NCBI GenBank assembly: GCA_964446235.1
Contig: CAYUNW010000003.1
Coordinates: 7,182-71,181, forward strand
Source of the DNA: an uncultured Gammaproteobacteria bacterium
Lineage (GTDB): Bacteria; Patescibacteriota; Microgenomatia; 2-02-FULL-39-11
Direction: 5' to 3'
DNA length: 64,000 nt
Shown here: piece after piece, positions 38,493 through 46,944 of the stretch
How positions within the stretch are numbered: the stretch's first letter is position 1
Layout of the letters: each line of letters begins with the position of its first letter
The notes under the pieces: generated by a model
What the model was told of the DNA's origin: nothing
Databases searched by the model: none
Seen by the model: the letters and a program-made list of their open reading frames with translations, nothing else
Made by a program: the position numbers and the translations under genes

Positions 38493-39461
38493 TTATTTCC
38501 CATCTTTAGTATCTCGATAAAGAAACTTGTAAGATTCGACCGACAGCCTAACCGCTTCTGGTATTTGTGATTCAGCATTTAAATAAATGTAGCTGATACC
38601 ATTGGTCCAATGCCCCTTTTTACTGCAATCCTCGATTATTAGGGTGGATTCCAAGTATTTAACCGGGAAGCGGTAATAAATTTTCAATCCCTGTTGCTGG
38701 GGAACGATCTCAACATAATTCACCCATTCTTTCCCTCTGTGCCCGGAATACGCGATGTACTGTTTCGTGTATTTTGTGCGGGTTTCAATATTATTTTTGA
38801 GCAGTTGATTCTCAAACTCCTCAAGAAGTTCCCGGCTATCTGTCCAGCTTGGTTTCGCTACATCATCAAGGGTATATACTTTGACTTCCTTGAGTACATT
38901 TTGCGTGGTTTTGTCTTTCGAGAATTTCCCAATGGGCTCGCTAGTCCTGTATGGTTTTATAGGGTTGTAGAGAATAGTATGATTATCGTACAGTTTTGCT
39001 TCATAAAGATAGATTGGTAGATCCTTGAAGTTGATGGCGTTTTTCTGATAATTGGTGAATTCTGGGGAGACAAAAATTACACGGGATGACTCCCAATCGA
39101 TATCCTTCTTTGTGAAGTTTTTATGAAGCCTTTCGTTCAACTCAAGAACGAAATCTGCTTTGTGGTTAAGCATAGCGGAAAGATACGCAAATCCCTGATC
39201 TATAACACTAAAACTTTTGTCTTTTTTGTATTCGATGATGATAAACGACTTTTGTGCTTCATCGAAAGCGAGGGTATCGATATAGAAGTCCTGTTCTTGT
39301 GCTCGAATACTGAATTCTTGATTGAGTGATCCGCTCACAAATTTTAAACCGAAGATTGTATCGAGATTCTTTTCAGTCAGACTTTGAATGTCGTTTTCAA
39401 GATTAAACTTCTTTTCCGAAATCTCCTTTAACTTGTCATTGCTGATAGAAAAGATAGACAT
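38493..39461 (-). CDS. PD-(D/E)xK nuclease-fold protein (NucS/DUF4268-like)
   Basis: YIDTLAFDEAQKSFIIIEYKKDKSFSVIDQGFAYLSAM gives the D..ExK..Q..Y core. Confidence 0.55.
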   Translation of the reverse strand: MSIFSISNDKLKEISEKKFNLENDIQSLTEKNLDTIFGLKFVSGSLNQEFSIRAQEQDFYIDTLAFDEAQKSFIIIEYKKDKSFSVIDQGFAYLSAMLNHKADFVLELNERLHKNFTKKDIDWESSRVIFVSPEFTNYQKNAINFKDLPIYLYEAKLYDNHTILYNPIKPYRTSEPIGKFSKDKTTQNVLKEVKVYTLDDVAKPSWTDSRELLEEFENQLLKNNIETRTKYTKQYIAYSGHRGKEWVNYVEIVPQQQGLKIYYRFPVKYLESTLIIEDCSKKGHWTNGISYIYLNAESQIPEAVRLSVESYKFLYRDTKDGK

Positions 39462-39599
39462 ATAGGGTGTATTATACCCTTTTCCCTATCAGGAGACTAA
39501 GATGAGTTGAATTATTCAAGAACGTTCAACTTTCGAATAGGTAAAACTTATATAAAGACATACTAAGATTATATAAATAATTGCAATCCTTACATCAAT

Positions 39600-39827
39600 A
39601 TGGTAGAGTATCTTACGATGGAAACAAGACATTTAAGATTCAAAAGACTTGCTTTAAGGCGAACGAATATGATCTTGGAAAAATTGAGAATACTGGGAAA
39701 TCTGGCAAATAAAAGTTCTTACAGCTATTCCGATCAAGAAGTAGATAAGATATTTAAGGCGATCGAAGATCAGCTTAGAACGGTCAAGGCAAGATTTAAG
39801 CCGAGAAAAAGACGATTTAAGTTTTAA
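39600..39827 (+). CDS. Small basic protein
   Basis: 75 aa, Arg/Lys-rich. First gene of the plus-strand operon. Confidence 0.35.
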   Translation: MVEYLTMETRHLRFKRLALRRTNMILEKLRILGNLANKSSYSYSDQEVDKIFKAIEDQLRTVKARFKPRKRRFKF

Positions 39828-39853
39828 AACCTATAATTGATTATTAAATTAAG

Positions 39854-40486
39854 ATGAAAATGAAATTTCCAGAAGAAAACCTACCTCGGTGGCAAAAAAT
39901 ACTCCTTGTGCTTTATGAGTTGTCCGGAGAACATAAAAAACAGTTAAAGTTCGAAGATATTGTAGTTGCGGCATATAAACGATTCCCCGAAACATTTCAC
40001 TTGAGAGGATATAAAGAGTATCCCGATTCCGGGGATTTGATTCATAAGCCACTTTACGATATGCGACCCCGAGGTTTTTTAACAGCCAATCAAAAAATGT
40101 TCTCTTTGACGGAAAAAGGAATACTTGCGGCAAAACAACTCAATAAGGCGATTAAAAGAGGCGGAGAAGCCCATTTCAAACCTTCGAGAGAAATAGGCAA
40201 AGAGATAGAACGTATTCTTTCGACAGATGCTTTCATATTTTTCAAAGAGAAAAAGACGGATAAAATCCTCGACACCGATTTTTTGCAATATCTCGGAGTT
40301 AGCGTGCACACCAGCAAAAACGAATTCCGAAACAGACTGGATACGGTAAAATATGCCGTCGATTCAGCCAAATCATTCTATCCGACACAAACTTGTAAGA
40401 GTTTATCGGAATATCACGGGTTTATGTTGCGACGATTCGATCAGTTAATGAGAGAAATGTCGGAACAAAAGGAAAGAAACGTATGA
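39854..40486 (+). CDS. Hypothetical protein (winged-helix-like N-terminus)
   Basis: 210 aa. Its stop overlaps the next start (ATGA). Confidence 0.4.
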   Translation: MKMKFPEENLPRWQKILLVLYELSGEHKKQLKFEDIVVAAYKRFPETFHLRGYKEYPDSGDLIHKPLYDMRPRGFLTANQKMFSLTEKGILAAKQLNKAIKRGGEAHFKPSREIGKEIERILSTDAFIFFKEKKTDKILDTDFLQYLGVSVHTSKNEFRNRLDTVKYAVDSAKSFYPTQTCKSLSEYHGFMLRRFDQLMREMSEQKERNV

Positions 40487-42312
40487 GTATTCAGACATAC
40501 AAAATCGTTGAAGAGAAAAATGAAATGGACGATCATTTTCTCGATATTATCGGTAACGAGTTTAAATTCGATCACCAGAAAGGAATGGCGGAACTGATCA
40601 AAAACTCGGTTGCCGCTTATATCAGAGAAGAGATGCCTTCTGAAAAACAATTTCTCTTTTTAAGATATACGGACAGTGATAACGGTAATGCTCTTATGGA
40701 ATGTGTCGATTTTGTCGGTATGTCTTCCGATCATATCGTATTGGCATTCAAACGTTGGGGCGACCCTAAGGCGGCTTCTTATGGTTATGGAAAGAGAGTA
40801 CCTGGCGGACACGGTAACGGAGGCAAGTTTTATATGCGCCAAATGTTTAAGGAGTCTTATTTTATAACCTATAAGAACGGAAAACTGAATATATACGGAT
40901 TCAGTCCCAATAGAAAATACGGATTTGCCAATCAATTTAAAGACGTATCGATGCGTCCGATCGAGGCAATAAAATTCGCCGGGCTCTCCTCATTGCCGAT
41001 TCCGAAAGAAGTGGTTGACAAAATTTTGCAGGGGAAAACAGGTTTTACAGTTGTAAGAGGAATAGGACCCTTTCAAATGGTGAACAAAATTCAGGCTTAT
41101 CGTATTTCGGAGAAGTTGCGGAATCATCCTCAGGTCAGAAAACACTTGGAAAGAATAAACACTACGGTTATTCATAACGGAAAGGTAATTTTCGATCGAT
41201 TAGTACCAGATAAATTAGCCCCTAAGCCCGGTTTCGAAGGACCGTATGTATATGAAATACCCGAGGAATTATCTTACACCGAAGGCGGTGAAGTGAATAA
41301 AGTAGTTATGGCGAATAAAAAGTATCCTCGGGGGAAACTGATATTGCATACTTCCGATGAGGCTTTGGAACGAGGTGGAAGATTCGGAGAGTTAAATAGA
41401 ATAGATGTCTTGGGAGAAACAGGTCCCATCGCTTCCTATCATATGTATGAGTTGGGAGTAAATCTTTATCCCCAGTACGTATTTATTCACGGTGACTGCG
41501 AGTGTCTTATTCTCGAAGATCCGGACGACGATTGTGTTAAGAACGACAGATCAAAGTTGATAGCCGAAAATCCAAAAACCAAAGCGCTTTTACAGTGGCT
41601 CGGAGAAAGGGTAAACGAATTGGCGGAAAAAATCCTCGATAAAGAAAGAGAAGAACAGAAAAAAATGGAAAAGGAACAGTCTAAATCCTATAACGATTTG
41701 CTGAATCGATGGAGTGCGAAATTCTTAAATAGAATAAGAGCGGAATTATTGGTCGGACCCGGTATCGGACCGGGAATAGGATTCGGAACAGAAGGATCTT
41801 CAGGCGGATTGGGAGAGGGAAAGGGAGGCGAGAACGGGGATAAAGGTGGAGGAGAAGGAAATAAAGAAGGAGGCGGAAATACGGTAAAAAGACAGTCAAG
41901 ATCTCCTAAAGTATTATTATCAGGTATCGATACGGACCCGTTTAATCCGAGCAACGAACCTTTATTTCTTGATCCCCGGCAAGGAATTATTTATCAGCGA
42001 ATACAAGATGTTCGTGAAGGAATCTATTGGATAAATACCGCAAGTCCTTTGGCAAAGGCGGTGCTGGACAAATTTACGGAAAAATCGCAGCAATGGAGAT
42101 CGTATCTTTTTCAAAGACACGTGGATATTCTGATTAAAGAAGAAATGCGTAATCTATACAAGCGGGATTCCGAACGCTTCAACCCCGATGCCATAGATGC
42201 TGAGATATTCGGCGGTTTTATGCTGAAAATACAAGAAGCAGCCTCAAAAGACCTGGAAAGTTTCCTGCTCGCAGAACAATATGACCCAGAAAGAGAAAAC
42301 AAGAAGATATAA
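40483..42312 (+). CDS. GHKL-type (HATPase_c_3/MORC-like) ATPase with Gly-rich low-complexity segment
   Basis: N-box-like AELIKNSVAA, DFVGMS, and G2-like GGHGNGGKFYMRQMF. Residues about 425-465 read GPGIGPGIGFGTEGSSGGLGEGKGGENGDKGGGEGNKEGGGN. Confidence 0.55.
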   Translation: MSIQTYKIVEEKNEMDDHFLDIIGNEFKFDHQKGMAELIKNSVAAYIREEMPSEKQFLFLRYTDSDNGNALMECVDFVGMSSDHIVLAFKRWGDPKAASYGYGKRVPGGHGNGGKFYMRQMFKESYFITYKNGKLNIYGFSPNRKYGFANQFKDVSMRPIEAIKFAGLSSLPIPKEVVDKILQGKTGFTVVRGIGPFQMVNKIQAYRISEKLRNHPQVRKHLERINTTVIHNGKVIFDRLVPDKLAPKPGFEGPYVYEIPEELSYTEGGEVNKVVMANKKYPRGKLILHTSDEALERGGRFGELNRIDVLGETGPIASYHMYELGVNLYPQYVFIHGDCECLILEDPDDDCVKNDRSKLIAENPKTKALLQWLGERVNELAEKILDKEREEQKKMEKEQSKSYNDLLNRWSAKFLNRIRAELLVGPGIGPGIGFGTEGSSGGLGEGKGGENGDKGGGEGNKEGGGNTVKRQSRSPKVLLSGIDTDPFNPSNEPLFLDPRQGIIYQRIQDVREGIYWINTASPLAKAVLDKFTEKSQQWRSYLFQRHVDILIKEEMRNLYKRDSERFNPDAIDAEIFGGFMLKIQEAASKDLESFLLAEQYDPERENKKI

Positions 42313-43204
42313 GAAGCGGAAAAAGTCGCCGGAAGTGTACGGTTTGAATCTCGCAAGAGATGAAGAAGTAACGGCTTTATACCGAAGCGGTTTAACACTA
42401 CAACAAATAGGAAATAAATACGGAATCACAAGATCACGTATTCAACAAATCGTTTTTAGGACTCTACGCAGAAAGATTGTAAGCGAAATAAGACACCGCC
42501 TTAGAACAAACCCTGATAGAATGCCCATAAAGATCTTGGTTAAAGAGGAAATTAAGAGAATTCGAAACACGAAGCGAGAAAAGTGGTTAAAAACCAAGTT
42601 GATTGAAAAAGCGGAAAAAGGAATCGTCCCCGAAAAATTCACTTCGGAATTGAAGTTTGCTTCCGCGTTGGGTCTTCCGATTGAAATAATACGAGAATTT
42701 GCTCCGGATTTGATTACCGTGATCAAAAATAATAAAACCACGGGATATGGAGGTAGAAAATGGAGTAGACATTATTTACGTTGCAGAATGTGCGGCACAA
42801 TTAGTGTTCCTCATAAAATGTGGGGATGTTGCGAAAACTGTTATTATAAAACTGAAAATTTTAAAGAAATACAAGCTGCTTCGAGGTTAAGGAACCTGCA
42901 TAGATGGCTTCCAAAACAGCGAAAGTATCAATTGGAACATTACGATAAAGTAAACTATGGAGGAAATAGAAAAAAGGTGCTCGATCGAGACGGGTATAAA
43001 TGCATAAAATGTTCGGTTACGGAAGAAGAGAGTATAGAACGATACGACGAGAGACTAAGAGTAGTTCATTTGGGAGCGATTGAAAATAACGAATTGGACA
43101 ATTTGGCAACATTTTGTCGAAATTGTTGGATGAAACAACTGAGGAAAAGAAGGACAATCAAGCAAACCGATACGCAAAATCGTCAATCACCGGCGATTCG
43201 ATAG
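42281..43204 (+). CDS. Sigma-70 region-4-like HTH fused to an HNH endonuclease domain
   Basis: N-terminus LYRSGLTLQQIGNKYGITRSRIQQIV. C-terminus DRDGYKCIKC..LRVVHL..N..DNLATFCRNCW. Confidence 0.6.
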   Translation: MTQKEKTRRYKKRKKSPEVYGLNLARDEEVTALYRSGLTLQQIGNKYGITRSRIQQIVFRTLRRKIVSEIRHRLRTNPDRMPIKILVKEEIKRIRNTKREKWLKTKLIEKAEKGIVPEKFTSELKFASALGLPIEIIREFAPDLITVIKNNKTTGYGGRKWSRHYLRCRMCGTISVPHKMWGCCENCYYKTENFKEIQAASRLRNLHRWLPKQRKYQLEHYDKVNYGGNRKKVLDRDGYKCIKCSVTEEESIERYDERLRVVHLGAIENNELDNLATFCRNCWMKQLRKRRTIKQTDTQNRQSPAIR

Positions 43205-44195
43205 ATTCCGCCTTTATTTGTTTCTTAGACGGCTTCAAAAATCTGATTATTCTTCGTGCAATAGCTTCAACTACCGGAACGGAAACGGTATTGCCGAATT
43301 GTTTGTATGCCTGATTGTCGGAAACGGGGATTTTATAATCTTCCGGAAAGCCTTGTAATCTTGCGCATTCTCTTGGAGTAAGTGTTCTGAGTCCCAAACA
43401 GTTCTTTGCAGATTTATTCATTCCTTCCCTGTAGAAATATTCTCTGATCGGTTCTTTAATCAGATTTCTTTCCCTTCCCATTCGTCCGACTACGAGAGAG
43501 TTCGCAGTTCCGTTCAGATCGACCACTTCGTAACCCCAACCGTGACCCTTCGCTCTATGGTAGGCTTTATGTCGAGCCAAACACTCATAATATCTTTGAG
43601 ATATAAAGTATTTTACGTCTGCTTCTTCCTTTTCCAAAATATCCCCGACCTTTAATTTTTCGCCCGTCGGTTCGGGAAAATCGAAATTCACCTTTTTACT
43701 GAAACCTACAATATAAATGCGTTCTCTATTTTGCGGCAACCCGAAGTCTTTGCTGTTTATAACCTTATAAAATATATGATAACCCAATTTGTTCACCAAA
43801 ATATCTTTAATCACTCCGAATGTTTCTCCTCGATGGTGTCTCTCAAGAAACTTAACATTCTCGAGGAAAAATGCTTTAGGTATCTTATCGGTTAAAATAC
43901 GCTCGATTTGAAAGAACAAATTTCCTCTGGGGTCTTCAAACCCCTTTTTTCCTCCCGCCAAGGAGAAGGGTTGACAGGGAAAGCCAGCAAGCAGGATATC
44001 GAAATCCGGTATTTCGGAAGAAGGAACATCTTTTATATCCCTTTGATCGATATCTCCGAAATTTGTACGGTAGGTTTGACAACAATAGCGATCGATTTCG
44101 TTCGAATATGCGATTTTGAATCCCGCACGTTCGAATCCCAAACGTATCCCTCCTATTCCGGCAAATAAATCGACAGCTTTTAACCTATGGATCAT
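43158..44195 (-). CDS. dcm: DNA (cytosine-5)-methyltransferase
   Basis: DLFAGIGG, GFPCQPFS, ENV, QNRERIY, TPRECARLQGFP. Confidence 0.95.
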   Translation of the reverse strand: MIHRLKAVDLFAGIGGIRLGFERAGFKIAYSNEIDRYCCQTYRTNFGDIDQRDIKDVPSSEIPDFDILLAGFPCQPFSLAGGKKGFEDPRGNLFFQIERILTDKIPKAFFLENVKFLERHHRGETFGVIKDILVNKLGYHIFYKVINSKDFGLPQNRERIYIVGFSKKVNFDFPEPTGEKLKVGDILEKEEADVKYFISQRYYECLARHKAYHRAKGHGWGYEVVDLNGTANSLVVGRMGRERNLIKEPIREYFYREGMNKSAKNCLGLRTLTPRECARLQGFPEDYKIPVSDNQAYKQFGNTVSVPVVEAIARRIIRFLKPSKKQIKAESIESPVIDDFAYRFA

Positions 44196-44230
44196 AAAAC
44201 TATAATATACCTTAAAAATAACCAGTTCAA

Positions 44231-44665
44231 TTGACCAATTTGATTATGAGCGATATATTTTCCTCTCAAAAAAGAAGCGAAATAATGTCAAAGGTTAAGT
44301 CCAGAAATACTAATATTGAACTTCTCCTCAGACGGGCATTGTTTAGAAAAGGATACCGATTCAGATTGCATTATCGTATCTCCGGTACTCCGGACATTGT
44401 ATTGCCTTCCAAAAAGATTGCTATATTTTGTGATGGTGATTTTTGGCATGGTAAACATTTTAAACGAGAAAACATAAATTACAAAAAATTCTGGAAAAAT
44501 AAAATAAAAGCCAACATAATACGAGATAAAAAAGTGAATACCAAATTGCGTAAAGATGGGTGGAAAGTGATAAGATTTTGGAAGTCGGAAATTCTCAAGA
44601 ATCTCGATCGTTGTGTGGATACAATCGAACAAACTCTTGAGAAATTAAATAATAGCAAAGCTTGA
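44231..44665 (+). CDS. vsr: Very-short-patch repair endonuclease
   Basis: RSEIMSKVKSRNT.IE, PDIVLP..KIAIFCDGDFWHG. Confidence 0.9.
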   Translation: MTNLIMSDIFSSQKRSEIMSKVKSRNTNIELLLRRALFRKGYRFRLHYRISGTPDIVLPSKKIAIFCDGDFWHGKHFKRENINYKKFWKNKIKANIIRDKKVNTKLRKDGWKVIRFWKSEILKNLDRCVDTIEQTLEKLNNSKA

Positions 44666-44733
44666 TTAAACACGTTTATGACCTTCATTTCTTGGAATAG
44701 TATTGTTCTCAATGGTTAAAAAGAAATGTCTGT

Positions 44734-44825
44734 AAAAGTTTCGGATGTTATCCATCTCCCGGAGCTAACAAATTGGGAGCAATACAACGCTCCTTTTTTT
44801 TGTAACCCAATAGGACGATAAAATT
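44734..44825 (+). repeat. Intergenic repeat family, copy A
   Basis: aaaagtttcggatgttatcc..gggagcaatacaacgctccTTTTTTTTgt..taggacgataaaatt. Confidence 0.75.
44776..44801 (+). terminator. Intrinsic terminator within repeat copy A
   Basis: GGAGC-aatacaac-GCTCC followed by T8, downstream of vsr. Confidence 0.6.
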
Positions 44826-44999
44826 AGTTTAGTATTTTCTCACAGTTTGTTTCTTCTTCTATTATTTACCAGTGAACTTAATCACAGGAGATTTATACAG
44901 CAACATGGATGATTTCATACGAGGAAAAAAAGTACTAGTGAGGTATAATATGGTGGTTGCGATGAAGCTCGCATAATCCCAAATTATAATCTGGGTGAT

Positions 45000-45031
45000 A
45001 GCTTCTACTTTTTACGGTAGAAGCTTTTTTT
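45000..45031 (+). terminator. Strong hairpin plus T-run ending 8 nt before the dynamin-like start codon
   Basis: AGCTTCTAC-tttttacg-GTAGAAGCT followed by a T-run. Confidence 0.6.
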
Positions 45032-45038
45032 CTATCAT

Positions 45039-46772
45039 ATGCAGAACAATAAATTAGAAAATACCCTATCTTCACTATCTGATTTGCCTATTGTCAGGGA
45101 AAATTCACTCCTTTCTAAAAGAATAGACAGTTTGAAGAAAAGACTGGAAAAGAACGAATTCCAGCTTGTGATACTTGGCCAGTTTAAAAGAGGGAAAAGC
45201 ACCCTGATAAATTCCCTACTTGGCGAACAGATATTACCAACGTCAATTGTACCTTTGACTTCAATTATTACCGTCCTTAAATATAATAAAACCCAAAATA
45301 TTACTGTTTTATTTATTGATAACCATACGAAAAAAATAACCTTCTCCCAATTACCTGATTATGTGACAGAAGGAAAAAATCCAAACAATATTAAACAAGT
45401 TGAGCAGGTTATTATTGAATACCCATCAGAATACCTTAAAAATGGCATCCAGATAATTGATACACCAGGAGTAGGTTCTGTTTACCAGCACAATACGGAT
45501 GTTGCCTATGACTTTGTCCCAAAAGCTGACGCTGGAATTTTTCTCTTTACCGCTGACCCCCCAATCAGTGAATCTGAACTGAAATTTCTGACAGCCATAA
45601 AAGATTATCTGGGTAAGATTATATTTGTCCAAAACAAAATAGACCAGATTTCAGAAAAGGATAGGGAGGAATCACTGGAATTTACCAAAAAAATCATAAA
45701 AGAAACTGTAGGAGCAAAAGAGTTGGTATTTTACCAAATATCGGCAAAATTAGGCTTTGAAGGAAAAAAGGGCAAAGACAGTAAGAAACTAATGGAAAGC
45801 AAATTGCCAATGTTTGAGGAAGGACTAAACCATATTTTCACCAGCCAAAAAGCACACATAATCACAAAATCAATAACAAAAAAGTTGCTTTTAGCAGTAA
45901 AAGAAATAAATCTGATGCTTGCCATTGAGGAGCAGTCTGTCTCCATGCCAATTGCCATCTTGAAAGAGAAAATTACCGCTTTTAATAAAGAACTTACGGT
46001 AATAAAACAGGAAAAGGAAGATAATGATTATATTCTTCAGGGCAAGCTGGAAAAACTGGTCAATCAGACTTTGATTGATGACATTGAAATCCTGAAAGAG
46101 AAAGAACTTCCAGCAATACTGTGTGCATTTGAGCAGTTTTTCAAATCCCACCAGGATAAAAGCGGAATAGAACTATCCGCACTCCTTGATAAATTCCTGG
46201 AAAAATCAATCAAGAAAATATTTGGAAGCTGGAGGATAGAAGAAGAAAGGAAACTTCAGAAATCCCTTGAATCCATTTTGGACAGGTTTTCTTCCCAGAC
46301 CAACAATTTTATAAGTAGAGCAATTGAATTATCCGCAAGTCTATTTAACTTAAAAATTGGAGAACTAAAAACAGAGACCAGCTTTAAAGAAGAGTACGAA
46401 TTCAAATTTTCCTTTGACGAATATCAGGTTGACTTGGATTTTTATACTCCTGTCGTATCAAGACTGCCTAAGTTTCTTTCCCATAAACTTCTTTATAAAA
46501 ACATGAGGGATAAGGTTATCCAGGAATTTGATAAACACTCTGGACGAAGCAGGTATGATTTCCATCAGCGTGTTTTACAGAGTATAAATGAATTTAGGGA
46601 TAACCTTGACGAAAGACTGAATGAAATTATTGAAGGAATCAATATTGCTATGAAAAAGGGGTTGTTACAAAGGGAGAAAGCAGAAAGTACAGAGAAAGAA
46701 GTAGCTAAGTCCTTACGAGCCCAGAAAAGCATTCTTTCCCAGATTTCAACTCACTTATATTTATTTGGATAA
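45039..46772 (+). CDS. Bacterial dynamin-like GTPase
   Basis: G1 GQFKRGKST, G3 DTPGVGS, G4 QNKID, followed by a long helical stalk. Confidence 0.75.
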   Translation: MQNNKLENTLSSLSDLPIVRENSLLSKRIDSLKKRLEKNEFQLVILGQFKRGKSTLINSLLGEQILPTSIVPLTSIITVLKYNKTQNITVLFIDNHTKKITFSQLPDYVTEGKNPNNIKQVEQVIIEYPSEYLKNGIQIIDTPGVGSVYQHNTDVAYDFVPKADAGIFLFTADPPISESELKFLTAIKDYLGKIIFVQNKIDQISEKDREESLEFTKKIIKETVGAKELVFYQISAKLGFEGKKGKDSKKLMESKLPMFEEGLNHIFTSQKAHIITKSITKKLLLAVKEINLMLAIEEQSVSMPIAILKEKITAFNKELTVIKQEKEDNDYILQGKLEKLVNQTLIDDIEILKEKELPAILCAFEQFFKSHQDKSGIELSALLDKFLEKSIKKIFGSWRIEEERKLQKSLESILDRFSSQTNNFISRAIELSASLFNLKIGELKTETSFKEEYEFKFSFDEYQVDLDFYTPVVSRLPKFLSHKLLYKNMRDKVIQEFDKHSGRSRYDFHQRVLQSINEFRDNLDERLNEIIEGINIAMKKGLLQREKAESTEKEVAKSLRAQKSILSQISTHLYLFG

Positions 46773-46848
46773 AAAAATATAGCAAACATGAACTATTTCG
46801 TATCAAAATTTAAATATAATCTTTGAATATGAATAGAATTAATTGAAT

Positions 46849-46922
46849 AAAAGTAGTTCCTGATTTCGTACATCAGGTGGAATACAAGATTTAAAGGGAA
46901 TGTTACAACGCTCCTTTTTGTT
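46849..46922 (+). repeat. Intergenic repeat family, copy C
   Basis: aaaagtagttcc-CCTGATttcgtacATCAGG-..gggaatgttacaacgctccTTTTTgtt. Confidence 0.7.
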
Positions 46923-46944
46923 ATATTTTTGATATAATAAGTTA

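Larger units (their letters stand above)
29403..44830. mobile_element. Integrated element at the tRNA-Asn 3' end (about 15.4 kb)
   Basis: The recombinase abuts and overlaps the tRNA. The cargo consists of orphan, nuclease, ATPase and methylase genes with visibly less AT-rich codon usage. The right end is placed at the first intergenic repeat copy and is uncertain. Confidence 0.6.

Noticed and set aside
41681-41954. Pro-rich minus-strand ORFs (72 and 88 aa).
   Set aside because: They are the mirror image of the Gly-rich low-complexity segment of the GHKL ATPase. The plus-strand ORF 62700-62963 is likewise the mirror of the Pro/Thr linker of the transglycosylase-like gene.
29403-44830. The island as a prophage.
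   Set aside because: No capsid, portal, terminase large subunit, tail or lysis genes are recognisable. Only the recombinase, small DNA-binding proteins and defence-like cargo are present.
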